64,000 nucleotides of DNA from Squalus acanthias. Lineage: Eukaryota. Positions 11,310-23,417 of this stretch are shown piece after piece. The number at the start of each line of letters is the position of its first letter. The first letter of the stretch is position 1. The notes below the pieces were generated by a model. That model did not search any database and was not told the origin of the DNA. It saw only the letters and a list, made by a program, of their open reading frames with translations. Position numbers and translations under genes: made by a program. The DNA is taken from positions 2,356,001 through 2,420,000 of the forward strand of contig CM059432.1 of NCBI GenBank assembly GCA_030390025.1. The letters are read 5' to 3'.

Positions 11310-11947
11310 GGTCGAAAGTGGAAGGCAATCTGAATTGGGGTTAGAGTACAGGGCTTGACAGGGTAGCTGCTGAGAGGATGTTTCCCCTGGCTGGAGAGTC
11401 TAGAATTAGAGCAAGCACTGAGTGCGAGTCAGCAGAGTGTGCTGAGTTTGGGTAAGTGTGAGAGTTCTTTAATTGTTAGTTCTCTTTAAATCATTCTTGA
11501 GTACTTAAGCAGTTTAAGTGAAGGGGAAAAGTTAAATATTTGGGATTCTGTTGGTTTAAGAGTAAAACAAGGTTACACTGCAGTAGGAGTAAATTGGCAC
11601 AGCAGGCAGTGGAAACCAGTTTTCTAATCAATCAGCAGGGGTGACTCATTTGGCTGAAAACAAACAAACAGTATAAAAAGACCAGTGCTAGTGCGAGTCA
11701 GCAGAGAGTGCTGAGTTTGGGTAAGTGTGAGTTGGGGTGTAGGGTGCTCTTTTCAAACTTTAACTCTGTGGGTTGTAGTTAATAAGGCCTTTCTGGTGCA
11801 GAGTGACTGTTGGTAAACCATTTAACTGGTGTAATTTAGAGGGATTGATTTAATTTAAATCCAATTAATTAGAGGGGATACTAGCATCTATAATCGGGCA
11901 GAGAGTGTCCATAACTAACAATAATTTTTTTTAATTAATTACATAGA

Positions 11948-12894
11948 ATGGAGCAGGTGATGTGTTACTGTTGCGAGATGTGGGAGCCGGTGGACCCCAT
12001 TAAGGCTCACGGTGATTACGTCTGTGACAAGTGTCTGCTGCTACAGGAACTCCAGCTCCGTGTTGATGAGCTGGAGTCTGAGCTTCAGACACTGCGACAC
12101 ATCAGGGAGGGGGAGAAGTACCTGGACTCTGTGTTTCAGGAGGTGGTCACACCTATGAAGTTAATTAATTCAGATGTAGCCCATGGTCAGGGACAGGACG
12201 GTGTGATTACGAGTGAGGCAGGTACGGGGATCCAGGAGGTAGTGTTGGAGGAGCCGCAGCCCTTGCTCTTGTCCAACAGGTTCGAGGTTCTTACTCCCTG
12301 TGGGGACAGGAGCAGGGACTGCAGGGAGGATGAGCAACCTGGCCACTGCACCGTGGAACGGGGGGCCATTCAAGAGGGGGGAGTAAATAGAAATGTTGTA
12401 GTGGTAGGGGATAGTATTATTAGGGGGATAGATAGAGTTCTCTGCAGCCGAGAGCGAGAGTCCCGTAGGCTGTGTTGCCTGCCCGGTGCCAGGGTTAAGG
12501 ACATCTCCTCTGGGCTGGAAAGAAACTTGCAGTGGGAGGGGGTGGATCCAGTTGTCGTGGTCCATGTTGGTACGTAGATAGGACAAGGAAGCCGGTTCTG
12601 TTAAAGGAGTATGAGCAGCTAGGGGTCAAATTAAAAAACAGAACCTCAAGGGTAATAATCTCTGGATTATTACCTGAGCCACGAGCAAATTTGGCTAGGA
12701 CAAATAAAATTAGAGAGTTAAATGAGTGGCTCCAAGACTGGTGTTGGAGAAATGGGTTTTGCTTCCTGGGACACAGGCACCAGTACTGGGGCAGGAGGAA
12801 GCTGTTCCGTTGGGACGGGCTTCACTTGGCCAGTGCTGGGACTAGAGTCCTGGTGGATCATATAACTAGGGCTGTAGAGAGGGCTTTAAACTAA
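11948..12894 (+). pseudogene. CR1 ORF1: zinc finger, coiled coil and SGNH-esterase domain; frameshifted near 12575
   Basis: CYCC...CDKC; LQELQLRVDELESELQTL; VVVGDSIIRG, CLPGARV, VHVGT and DGLHL blocks. Confidence 0.9.
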
Positions 12895-12932
12895 CTAGTG
12901 GGGGGGAGGTTCCTAGAGAGCAAATAATAAAA

Positions 12933-15876
12933 ATGACAACAGAGAAGGTCATAGACTTAGGTAGCAGTGGGGAAATTAAAAACCAGAGTGTGTCAGGAAG
13001 GGGCAGAAGGTATGGAGTAAAAGGTAAAGTAATAAAAAGGGCAAAAGCAGGAACTAAGTGTCACAAAACATATTTGAAAGTTCTCTATCTGAATGCACGT
13101 AGCATTCGTAACAAAATAGACGAGTTAATGGCACAAATAACTACATATGGGTATGATCTTGTGGCCATTACAGAAACATGGCTGCAGGGTGACAATGCCT
13201 GGGAATTAAACATACCAGGTTATTTAACGATCAGGAAGGACAGGCAGGAAGGAAGGGGAGGTGGGGTGGCTATGTTAATAAAGGAAGGAATCACTGTAAT
13301 ACAGAGAAATGATATTGGGTCAAAAGATCAAGATAATGAAACAGTTTGGGTGGAGATAAGGAATAATAAGGGGAAAAAAACACTAGTGGGCGTAGTCCGC
13401 CGAACAGTTGCAACTCTGTTGGACGGAGTATCAATCAGGAAATAGTTGAGGCTTGTAATAAGGGAACATCTATAATTATGGGGGATTTTAACTATCATAT
13501 TAATTGGACAAATCAAATTGGGCAGGGCTGCCTTGAGGATGTGTTCATTGAGTGTATTAGGGATGGGTTTCTTGAGCAGTATGTAACTGAACCGACCAGG
13601 GGGCAAGCAACCTTTTATCTGGTCCTGTGTAACGAGACAGGATTAATTAAAAATGTCCTAGTAAAGGATCCCCTTGGAATGAGTGACCATAACATGGTTG
13701 AATTCCATATTCAATTAGCGGGTGAGAAGGTTGGATCTCAAACAAGCGTGCTAAGCTTGAATAAAGGAGACTATGAAGGTATGTGAGCGGAATTGAGTAG
13801 AGTGGATTGGGAAAATAGATTAAAGGGTAAGACGATACATGATCAGTGGTGTATATTTAAGGAGATATTTTACAACTTCCAAAAAATATATATTCCACTG
13901 AGAAGAAAAGGGTGTAAAAGAAAAGACAGTCATCCGTGGCTAAGTAAAGAAATTAAGGATAGTATTCGACTAAAAACAAGGGCTTATAAGGTAGCCAAAT
14001 CTAGTGGGAGGATAGAGGATTGGGAAAACTTTAAAAGACAGCAAAAAATAACAAAAAGATTGATTAAGAAAGGGAAGATAGATTATGAAAGTAAATTAGC
14101 AAAAAATATAAAAACAGATAGTAAGAGTTTTTATAGTTATATAAAAAGAAAAAGGGTGGCTAAAGTAAATGTTGGTCCCTTAGAAGATGAGACTGGGAAA
14201 TTAATGGTGGGAAATATGGAGATGGCAAATACACTGAATGAATATTTTGTATCAGTCTTTACAGTAGAGTACACTAAGAATATCCCAACACTGGACAAAC
14301 AGGGGGCTATAGGGAGGAGGAGCTAAACACAATCAAAATCACTAAAGAAGTGGTACTCGGTAAAATAACGGGACTCAAGGCGGATAAATCACCTGGACCT
14401 GATGGCTTACATCCTAGGGTCTTGAGGGAAGTGGCGGTAGGGATTGTGGATGCATTGGTAATAATTTTCCAAAACTCTCTGGACTCAGCAAAGATCCCGG
14501 CAGACTGGAAAACTGCTAATGTAACACCCTTATTTAAAAAGGGCAGTAGAAAAAAGGCTGGAAACTATAGACCGGTTAGCCTAACATCTGTGGTAGGTAA
14601 AATTTTGGAGTCCATTATTAAGGAGACAGTAACGGGACATTTGGATAATCATAATTTAATAGAACAAAGTCAGCATGGTTTTATGAAGGGGAAGTCATGT
14701 TTGACAAAATTGCTGGAGTTCTTTGAGGAAGTAACATACAGGGTGGATAAAGGGGAACCAGTGGATGTGGTGTATTTAGACTTCCAAAAGGCATTTGACA
14801 AGGTGCCACACAAAAGATTATTGCTTAAGATAAAAAATCACGGGATTGGGGGTAATATTCTGGCATGGATAGAGGATTGGCTATCTAACAGAAGGCAGAG
14901 AGTTGGGATAAATGGTTCATTCTCAGACTGGCAATCAGTAACTAGTGGTGTTCCGCAAGGGTCAGTGCTGGCTCCCCAACTCTTTACAATCTATATTAAC
15001 GATTTGGAGGAGGGGACCGAGTGTAACATATCAAAGTTTGCAGATGATACAAAGATGGGAGGGAAAGTAGTGAGTGAGGAGGACATAAAAAATCTGCAAG
15101 GGGACATAGACAGGCTAAGTAAGTGGGCAGAGATTTGGCAGATGGAATACAATACTGGAAAGTGTGAGGTTATGCACTTTGGCAGGAAAAATAGTAGAGC
15201 AAGTTATTATCTTAATGGCAAGAAACTGGAAAGTACTGAAGTACAAAGGGATCTGGGGGTCCTGGTGCACGAAACTCAAAAAGTTAGTATGCAGGTGCAG
15301 CAAGTGATTAAGAAGGCCAATGGAATGTTGGCTTTCATTGCTAGGGGGATAGAATATAAAAATAGGGAGGTATTGCTTCAGTTGTACAAGGTATTGGTGA
15401 GACCGCACCTGGAATACTGCATACAGTTTTGGTGTCCATACTTAAGAAAAGACATACTTGCTCTCGAGTCAGTACAAAGAAGGTTCACTCGGTTAATCCC
15501 GGGGATGAGGGGATGGACATATGAGGAGAGGTTGGGTAGATTGAGACTCTACTCATTGGAGTTCAGAAGAATGAGAGGCGATCTTATTGAAACATATAAG
15601 ATTGTGAAGGGGTTGGATCGGGTGGATGCGGGGAGGATGTTCCCGATGATGGGTGAAACTAGAACTAGGGGGCATAGTCTTAGAATAAGGGGCTGCTCTT
15701 TCAAAACTGAGATGAGAAGGAACTACTTCACTCAGAGGGTGGTAGGTCCATGGAATATGCTGCCCCAAAAAGCTGTAGAAGCTACATCATTACATAAATT
15801 TAAAACAGAAATAGACAGTTTCCTAGAAGTAAAGGGAATTAAGGGTTACGGGGAGCGGGCAGGAATTTGGACATGA
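12933..15876 (+). pseudogene. CR1 ORF2: APE endonuclease plus reverse transcriptase, broken by frameshifts and a stop
   Basis: YLNARSI, ITETWL, MGDFN and SDH (APE); KSPGPDG, NYRPVSLTS, QHGF, DFQKAFD, GVPQGS and FADD (RT); split over ORFs 12933, 13478, 13793 and 14350. Confidence 0.95.
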
Positions 15877-16524
15877 GTCTAGGTTCGGATTGGTCATGGC
15901 CCTGTGGGTAGCGTAGTGGGCCCAGGGGCCGTGTAGCCTGATCCTGCTCCTATTTCGTGTGTCCAATTCTGTTAGGTTCAGGAGATGGTTCTGTGATAGT
16001 AGATTGGCGGATAGGATCAGATCAGCCATGATCTTATTGAATGGCGGAGCAGGCTCGAGGGGCCAATTGGTCTACTCCTGCTCCTATTTCTTATGTTCTT
16101 ATGTTCTAGGGGGCATAGTCTCAGGATAAGGCCGAGATTTAAGACCGAGATGAGGAGGAATTTCTTCACTCAGAGGGTTGTGAATCTTTGGAATTCTCTA
16201 CCCCAGAGGGCTGTGGATGCTCAGTTGTCGATAGATTTTTGGACTCTAGGGAATCAAGGGATATGGGGATCGGGCGGGAAAGTGGAGATGAGGTAGAAGA
16301 TCAGCCATGATCTTATTGAATGGCGGAGCAGGCGCGAGGGGCCGAATGGCCGACTCCTGCTCCTATATCTTGTGTTCTTATGAAAGAGAACATTCATTCA
16401 GTTTCCAACTTTTCATAGTAACATTACATACTATTTGCACCCTGCCTATTGCAGGGCTGACAATGTTTAAGGATGAATTGGGAAGTGATAACACATTTTG
16501 TCGGACAGCGGGTGTTGGTAATGA

Positions 16525-17325
16525 TTCTGCTGTTACCATTTATACCTCCTCTAGACCCATCTGTTGTTTATTTGCTTGTCCCATTGCCATCTCAGCTCAG
16601 TGGGCAGCACCCTCGCCTCTGAGTCAGGAGGTTGTGGGTTCAAGTCCCACTCCAGGGACTTGAGCACATAAATGCTAGGCTGACACTCCAGTGCCAGTAC
16701 TGAGGGAGCGCCGCACTGTCAGAGGGGCCGTCTTTTGGATGAGACGTTAAACCGAGGCCCTGTCTGCTCTCTTGGGTGGATGTGAATAGATCCTATGGCC
16801 ACTATTTCAAAGAAGAGTAGGGGAGTTATCCCCCGGTGTCCTGGCCAATACTGATCCCTCAACCAACAATAAAAACAGATTATCTGGCCATTATCACATT
16901 GCTGTTTGTGGGAGCTTGCTGTGCGCAAATTGGCTGCTGCATTTCCCACTTTACAATAGTGACTACACTTCAAAAGTACTTCATTGGCTGAAAAGCGCTT
17001 TGAGACGTCCGGTGGTCGTGAAAGGCGCTATAGAAATGCAAGTCCTTCTTTCTCCTATCGCCTCACTCCATCATCCCTTTTGTTATTTAATCTCTCCTGC
17101 CTTCCACCCTATCACAGACCTTCCCTTTTGTTCTTTCCTCCCCTCCCCGCTTTCCCTGCCCCTACACTTGCTTAAAACTTTTTCCAGTTCTGATGAAAGG
17201 TCATCGACCTGCAACGTTAACTGTGTTTCTCTCTCTCCACAGATGCTGCCTGACCTGCTGAGTGTTTCCAACATTTTCTGTTTTTATTTCAGATTTCCAG
17301 CATCCGCAGTATTTTGCTTTTGTTA
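16525..17325 (+). mobile_element. Penelope-like element 3' region interrupted by a Deu-SINE (~16591-17052)
   Basis: CCTCCTCTAGACCCATC...CTTGTCCCATT (16546-16586) and 17060-17325 match the minus-strand copy at 49948-50250; hammerhead remnant at 17186-17222. Confidence 0.78.
16591..17052 (+). mobile_element. Deu-domain (SacSINE1-like) SINE, near full length
   Basis: tRNA-like head AGCTCAGTGGGCAGCAC...GGTTCAAGTCC, Deu core and L2-like tail. Confidence 0.9.
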
Positions 17326-17384
17326 CAGCACAGTGTTTCTGTTGCGCCATTTCCAAAGTTATCTTCCTAGTGGTTCATGTCCCA

Positions 17385-17782
17385 ATCCAGAGACTTGAGC
17401 ACAAAATCTAGGCCGACACTCCCAGTGACAGTACTGAGGGAGTGCTGCACCGTCGGAGGTGCCGTCTTTCAGATAAGACATTAAACGCTGTCTCTCTCAG
17501 GTGGGTGTAAAAGATCCCACAGCCACTAATTTGAAGAAGAGCAGGGGAGTTATCCCTGATGTCCTGGGGCCAATATTTATCCCTCAATCAACATCACTAA
17601 AAAAACAGATTATTTGGTCATTATCACATTGCTGTTTGTGGGAGCTTGCTGTGCGCAAATTGCCTGCCACATTTCCTACAACAGTGACTACACTTGAAAA
17701 GTACTTTATTGGCTGTAAAGCGCTTTGGGACGTCCTGAGGTCGTGAAAGGCGCTATAGATATGCAAGTCTTTCTTCCTTTCT
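17385..17782 (+). mobile_element. Deu-domain SINE
   Basis: Same consensus as 16591-17052. Confidence 0.88.
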
Positions 17783-17975
17783 CTCCTAGAGGTATCCTAC
17801 ATGGAGTACCTCATGGCAGTAAATATGAAATCGGATGCCATTGAAGCCACTCGAGGTACTGTAGTCTTGTGGATTTTCCTGTTACTCCTCCCCCAGCAAT
17901 AGATTACTGAATCCTCGCACATTGTTAATGGACGGGTCAAATCAGCGTGTACTTTGCGATGCCACTACATTTTAA

Positions 17976-18700
17976 AATCCCTCCCTAAACCTCTCCGCCT
18001 CTCTACCTCTCTCTCCTCCTTTAAGATGCACCTGTCTTAATATCTCCTTATGTGGCTCAGCGTCGCGTTTGGTTTGATAATCGCACCTGTGAAGCACCTT
18101 GAGGTGTTTTACTATGTTAAAGGCGCTATGTAAATGCAAGTTCCAACGCACTCCTGGCCGGCCTCCCATTTTCTACCCTCCGTAAACTTGAGGTCATCCA
18201 AAACTCTGCTGCCCCCGTGTCCTGACTCACACCAAGTCCCGTTCACCTGTCACCCCCTGTGCTCGCTGACCTACATTGGCTCTCAGTCCAGTAATGCCTC
18301 GATTTTAAAATTCTCATCCTCGTTTTCAAATCCCTCCATGGCCTCGCCCCTCCCTATCGCTCTAATCTCCTCCAGCCCCACAAACCTCCGAGATCTCTGC
18401 GCTCCTCCTATTCTGGCCTCTTGAGCATCCCCCGATTTTAATCGCTCCACCATTGGTGGCCGTGCCTTCAGCTGCCTGGGGCCCAAGCTCTGGAATTCCC
18501 TCCCTAAACCTCTCCGCCTCTCTCTCCTCCTTTAAGACGCTCCTTAAAACCTCCCTCTTTGTCCAAGCTTTTGGTCACCTGTCCTAATATCTCCTTATGT
18601 GGCTCGGTGTCAAATTTTGTCTGATAATCGCTCCTGTGAAGCACCTTGGGATGTTTTACTACATTAAAGACGCTGTATGAATGCAAACTGTTGTTGTTTT
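17976..18700 (+). mobile_element. Two L2-clade LINE 3' fragments in tandem
   Basis: LEVIQNSAA..., PVLADLHWL, FKILILVFKSLHGLAPPY and GGRAFS motifs; tail AAAGGCGCTA...AATGCAA(GTT)n. Confidence 0.85.
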
Positions 18701-18907
18701 TGTCACCACACAATCAGAGCACAGACTTAGTTCAGTCAAGTGCCAGCAGTATGAGAATTTTGGCCTTTTGCCCAAATTAGAAAGATCTTACAATACAACA
18801 TCCACAATTTGCCTGAAATGTATTAATTTCTGAAGTTAAGAATTGTGAAGAGTGCTTTGATATCCTATCATCTTGGAAATAGAATAACTGAATCTGGATT
18901 TGTTTTC

Positions 18908-19300
18908 ATTAGAGCAAAGGAGGTTGAGGGGTGATTTGATAGAGGTGTACAAGATTGACAGGTTTGGATAGGCTAGACGGGGAAAGGTTGTTCCCACTAG
19001 TTGATGGTACAAGGACTAGGGGACACAGATTTAAGGTTTTGGGCAAGAGATACAGGGGGGATGTGAGGAAAAACTTTTTTACGCAGCGAGTGGTGATGAC
19101 CTGGAATTCGCTGCCGACGGAAGTGGTGGAAGCGGAGACACTCAATGTTTTCAAGGGGAGACTGGATAGGCACTTGAGGGAAATAAACTTGCAGGGCTAC
19201 GGGGATAGAGCGGGGGAATGGGACTGACTGGATCACTCCACAGAGAGCCGGCACAGACTCGATGGGCCGAATGGCCTCCTTCGGTGCCGTTATGACTCGA
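18908..19300 (+). mobile_element. CR1 3' fragment
   Basis: TRGHRFKV...RKNFFTQRVVMTWNSLP; GGGCCGAATGGCC tail. Confidence 0.88.
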
Positions 19301-19301
19301 T

Positions 19302-20147
19302 GGGCTGGATTTTCTCAATGGAGACGAGTTGGAGGCGGAACTGCTGCTTGTCGGGTCAATGTCCCACCTCCATCACCTTCTGACCAACCAAAGGGATTTT
19401 CCCCTGATTGACTTTGTTAAGCCCGCGCTGCGGGCTCAGCAGGCCAATTAGGAGGGAAGTCACTGACAGAGCACGTCAACATCAGACGTGCTATCTGTCA
19501 AGACTTCTTGAAAGAAGAAATGTCAGCGTTTGACAGCTCTGTGAAGCTGTCAAACACTGACATTCTCTGTAGTTTGATGAGTCCTTGTGTTCAGGACTCA
19601 TCAAACCTTTCAACTTTGTAGATTTCAGATGGCTGTTGGTTCGGAGGATCCAACAGCCAGTCTGTGAAATTGACAAGGAGGATGTCGGGTCTCCCGATCC
19701 AGAGCGGATGAAGGCTGTAGGAAGAAAACAAGGTAAGTGAACATTTTTTAACACTTATCACTCACCTCACATACTTCCCACTCCACACTTGCACCCATCA
19801 CTCACCTCTACACCTCACTTTCAGACCCCGCAGACCCCCGCAGACCTCCTTCACGTCTCCTCCAACCCGACGGGGTTCTCCGAGGTCGGGAAGGCTTCAC
19901 CTGTGAAGGTAAAATGGCACCAATCCTTTTTTCTGCCTGTTCACTACCTGTTAACAGGCAGTTAAAAGGATTTAATCCCTTTCCTGCCTCCAGGAGACGG
20001 GATCCGAAGCAGCACATCCTCCCGCCTCCTGGCAAAAGGGCACGGAGGCGGGATGGGGGCGGGTTTGCCATCCGCCCCCACTTTCTGCTACTTTACCGGC
20101 AGTCCCGCCTCCATGCCCGCCTCCTCGGGGCTGGGAAAATCCAGCCC
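19302..20147. mobile_element. Non-autonomous DNA transposon, probably PIF/Harbinger-like
   Basis: Perfect 12-bp TIRs GGGCTGGATTTT / AAAATCCAGCCC, GC-rich subtermini, followed by TAA; inserted in a CR1 tail; related to 24165-25047. Confidence 0.7.
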
Positions 20148-20179
20148 TAACCCTCTATGACTAATTGTATGTCCCTCTT

Positions 20180-20420
20180 TGGCAAAAGAGCCAGATGAGA
20201 AAAAAAAATTTTTTTTACGCAGTGAGTTGTTGTGATCTGGAACGCGCTGCCTGAAAGGGCGGTGGAAGCAGATTCAATAGTAACATTCAAAAGGAAAAAA
20301 ATTTGCGGGGCTGTGGGGAAAGGGCAGGGGGGAGTGGGACTAATTGGAGAGCTCGTTCAAAGAGCCAGCACAGGCACGACGGGCCGAATGGCCTCCTCCT
20401 GTGCTGTACGATTCCGTGAT
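20180..20420 (+). mobile_element. CR1 3' fragment
   Basis: IWNALPERAVEADSIVTFKR; tail GAGCCAGCACAGGCACGACGGGCCGAATGGCC. Confidence 0.82.
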
Positions 20421-21529
20421 TGCCGATCGCTTTTTATATCCCTGCTCCAATGACAATAATCTAATCCTGTTACTTAAGAGATTGGAATGGGAGTGGTAGC
20501 TCTGTGCTTGTGTGTCATTGATTCTGTAGAAATATCCCCCGGGGACGGTACAATAAGAGGCAAAAGTGCACTAACGTTCGCTCGAAAACTTTACTGCTGT
20601 CGGCTAAGAGAAATATTAAAAGCTGCTAGAAGCTGGGTGAAGTCAGCGGTGGCTGCGAGAAGCAATAAAGCGTGTTGGTACAAGGGCTGCATTTCATTGG
20701 TGAGGCTGGTGTTCCTGCAGCTGACCAATTTATACAGAATTGATTCTCTGGTTGCGGCTTTTGATTGACCCTTGTAGGATAAGTGAAGCTTTCCTCCCTG
20801 ACACGGGACATCGAATCTGACACCGAGTATAATGAGGTTTCTTTCGGATGCTCCAGTCCGGGCTGCGGCTCGCATTCACTGACGGCACGGAATCGGATGA
20901 GAGCTCAGATGTCAAAACAGAGCCTTGAACAGCGGGACGAGAGATCGGTGGAAATGAGCCGTGGGAATTTACGCATGATCTCTCCAATGGGAGGGAAGAA
21001 AAATTGCGGTAAATCTGCTAAGATGCTCCAGTTATTAAATGGTTGACCCTTCCAGTGCTGACAGAACCGTCAGCCACTTCACAACAAGTCCATCACCAGG
21101 CCCCGTCAGAACTGATCGAATAACATGTCACATTCCGATTGGTGACAGGAACATTTTTGCTTAATGTTTTGTATATTAAAAAGAGATTTCTCCATTCGAC
21201 CCAAAACAGGCCAATTGTTTCACCATTTTGAGATGCATTCTCTGTTTTCTGTTGCCCTCGTTTTACCTTCTATCTATCTATCTATCTATCTATATCTGTG
21301 TGTCGCACATGATGAGCTGGGATTGAGAGGTAGTAATGGAATGTCAGATTGAAACAAACTGCTAAATATGGTATTGAATTGACAAAAGAATTACATGCTG
21401 GTTATACTTTGCTGTCCAAATGCAGTTTAACCTTTATATAGTAGATACCCGAGGGAATTTCCGTATCATTTGTTGTTGGAAAAAAAAGGCCCGGTAATAT
21501 TACTGGTCCTGTCACATTATTCAGTCTCA

Positions 21530-21955
21530 GAAAGAACGAACTTGCATTTCTATAGCGCCTTTCACGACCACCGGACATCCCAAAGTGCTTTACAGCCAAT
21601 GAAGTACTTTTTTGAAGTGTAGTCACTGTTGTAATGTAGGAAACGCGGCAGACAATTTACGCACAGCAAGCTCCCACAAATAGCAATGTGATAATGATCA
21701 GATCATCTGTATTTTAGTGATGTTGGTTGAGGGATAAATATTGGCCCCAGGACACCGGGGAGAACTCCCCTGCTCTTCTTCGAAATAGTAGCCGTGGGAT
21801 CTTTTACGTCCAGCCGAGAGAGCAGACGGGGCCTCGGTTTAACGTCTCATCCGAAAGACGTAAGGAAGTACTTTTGAAGTTGTAATGTAGGGAATCGTGG
21901 CAGCCAATTTGTGCAAAGCAAACTCCCACAATGTGATAATGCCAGATAATCAATT
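21530..21955 (-). mobile_element. Deu-domain SINE plus a second short fragment
   Basis: Reverse complement of SINE consensus from tail to CATCCGAAAGACG. Confidence 0.86.
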
Positions 21956-21959
21956 TTTT

Positions 21960-22645
21960 TAAAATTTGTTCATGGGATGTGGGCGTCGCTGGCAAGGCCG
22001 CCATTTATTGCCCATCCCTAATTGCCCTTGAGAAGGTGGTGGTGAGCCACCTTCTTGAACCGCTGCAGTCCGTGTGGTGAAGGTGCTCCCACAGTGCTGT
22101 TAGGGAGGGAGTTCCAGGATTTTGACCCAGTGACGATGAAGGAACGGCCGATATATTTCCAAGTCAGGATGGTGTGTGACTTGGAGGGGAGCTTGGAGGT
22201 GGTGGTGTTCCCATGCGCCTGCTGCCCTTGTCCTGCTAGGTGGTGGAGGTCACAGGTTTGGGAGGTGCTGCCGAAGAAGCCTTGGCGAGTTGTTGCAATG
22301 CATCTTGTAGATGGTACACACTGCAGCCACGGTGCGCCGGTGGTGGAGGGAGTGAATGTTTATGGATGGGGTGTCAATCAAGTGGGCTGCTTTGTCCTGG
22401 ATGGTGTTGAGCTTCTTGAGTGTTGTTGGAGCTGCACTCATCCAGGCAAGTGGAGAGTATTCCATCACACTACTGACTTGTGCCTTGTAGATGATGGAAA
22501 GGCTTTGGGGAATCAGGAGGTGAGACACTCGCCGCAGAATACCCAGCCTCTGACCTGATCTTGTTGCCACAGTATTTATGTGGCTGGTCCAGTTTAGTTT
22601 CTGATCAATGGTGACCCCCAGGATGCTGATGGTAGGGGATTCGGT
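21960..22645 (-). mobile_element. CR1-group LINE (distinct lineage, possibly Zenon-like) 3' fragment
   Basis: ILGVTIDQKLNWTSHI...QRLGILRRVSHLL...YKAQVSSVMEYSPLAW; same family as 38835-39750 and 32525-32843. Confidence 0.8.
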
Positions 22646-23242
22646 GATCTGTTTTAGTGATAAATATTCGCCAGGACACCGGGTAAAACTCGCCTTCGAA
22701 ATAGTGGCTGTGGGATCTTTTACGTCCACCTGAGAGGGCAGATGGGGCCTTGGTTTAATGTCTGCTCCAAAAGGTGGCATCTCTGACAGTGTAGCACTCC
22801 CTCAGTACCAGCTCTGGGAGTGTCAGCCTGGATTATGTACTCAAGTCCCTAGGGTAGGATTTGAACCCACAACCTTCTGACTCAGAAAGCGAGAGTGCTA
22901 CCCACTGACAAACCTCATGTCCTTTCTGCGGTGTGCCATGTGCTATGTTACTTTCATGTTACTGAGGGAGGTGGATGTAAAGGATCCCATGGCACTATTT
23001 CGAAGAAGAGCAGGGGAGTTCTCCCCGGTGTCCTGGGGCCAATATTTATCCCTCAATCAACATCACTAAAACAGATTATCTGGTCATTATCACATTGCTG
23101 TTTGTGGGAGCTTGCTGTGCGCAAATTGGCTGCCGCATTTCCTACATTAAAACAGTGACTGTGAAGTATTTCATTGGCTGTGAAGTGGTTTGTGATGACC
23201 TGAGGTCGTGAAAGGCGCTGTAGAAATGCAAGTCTTATTTTT
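22646..23242. mobile_element. Two Deu-domain SINE copies back to back (minus ~22646-22908, plus ~22963-23242)
   Basis: SINE consensus matches in opposite orientations. Confidence 0.82.
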
Positions 23243-23417
23243 CATACACAAAATGGCAATGGGCCATATCAAACGGTCTGACAGACTGAACCTTCGGGTC
23301 TCAGCGTAAGAACGTTGATACACAACCAGCTTATCAACCCTCATAGTGCGTCAACTCAGGCAGTTCATCAGACTTGGCATTCGAACCCTTAGTGCCACAC
23401 TCAAAACTGCTCAATGA

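Larger units (their letters stand above)
11410..16106 (+). mobile_element. Full-length CR1 LINE (5' UTR, ORF1, ORF2, 3' UTR), decayed, nested in an older CR1 3' fragment (11350-11409 plus 16107-16383)
   Basis: Both ORFs present; (TATGTTCT)n tail; host CR1 GAGTCTAGAATTAG|GGGGCATAGTCTCAGG is continuous across the insertion. Confidence 0.95.

Noticed and set aside
14350..15876. Functional host reverse-transcriptase gene
   Set aside because: Ordinary CR1 ORF2 remnant with upstream frameshifts and stop; no sign of domestication.
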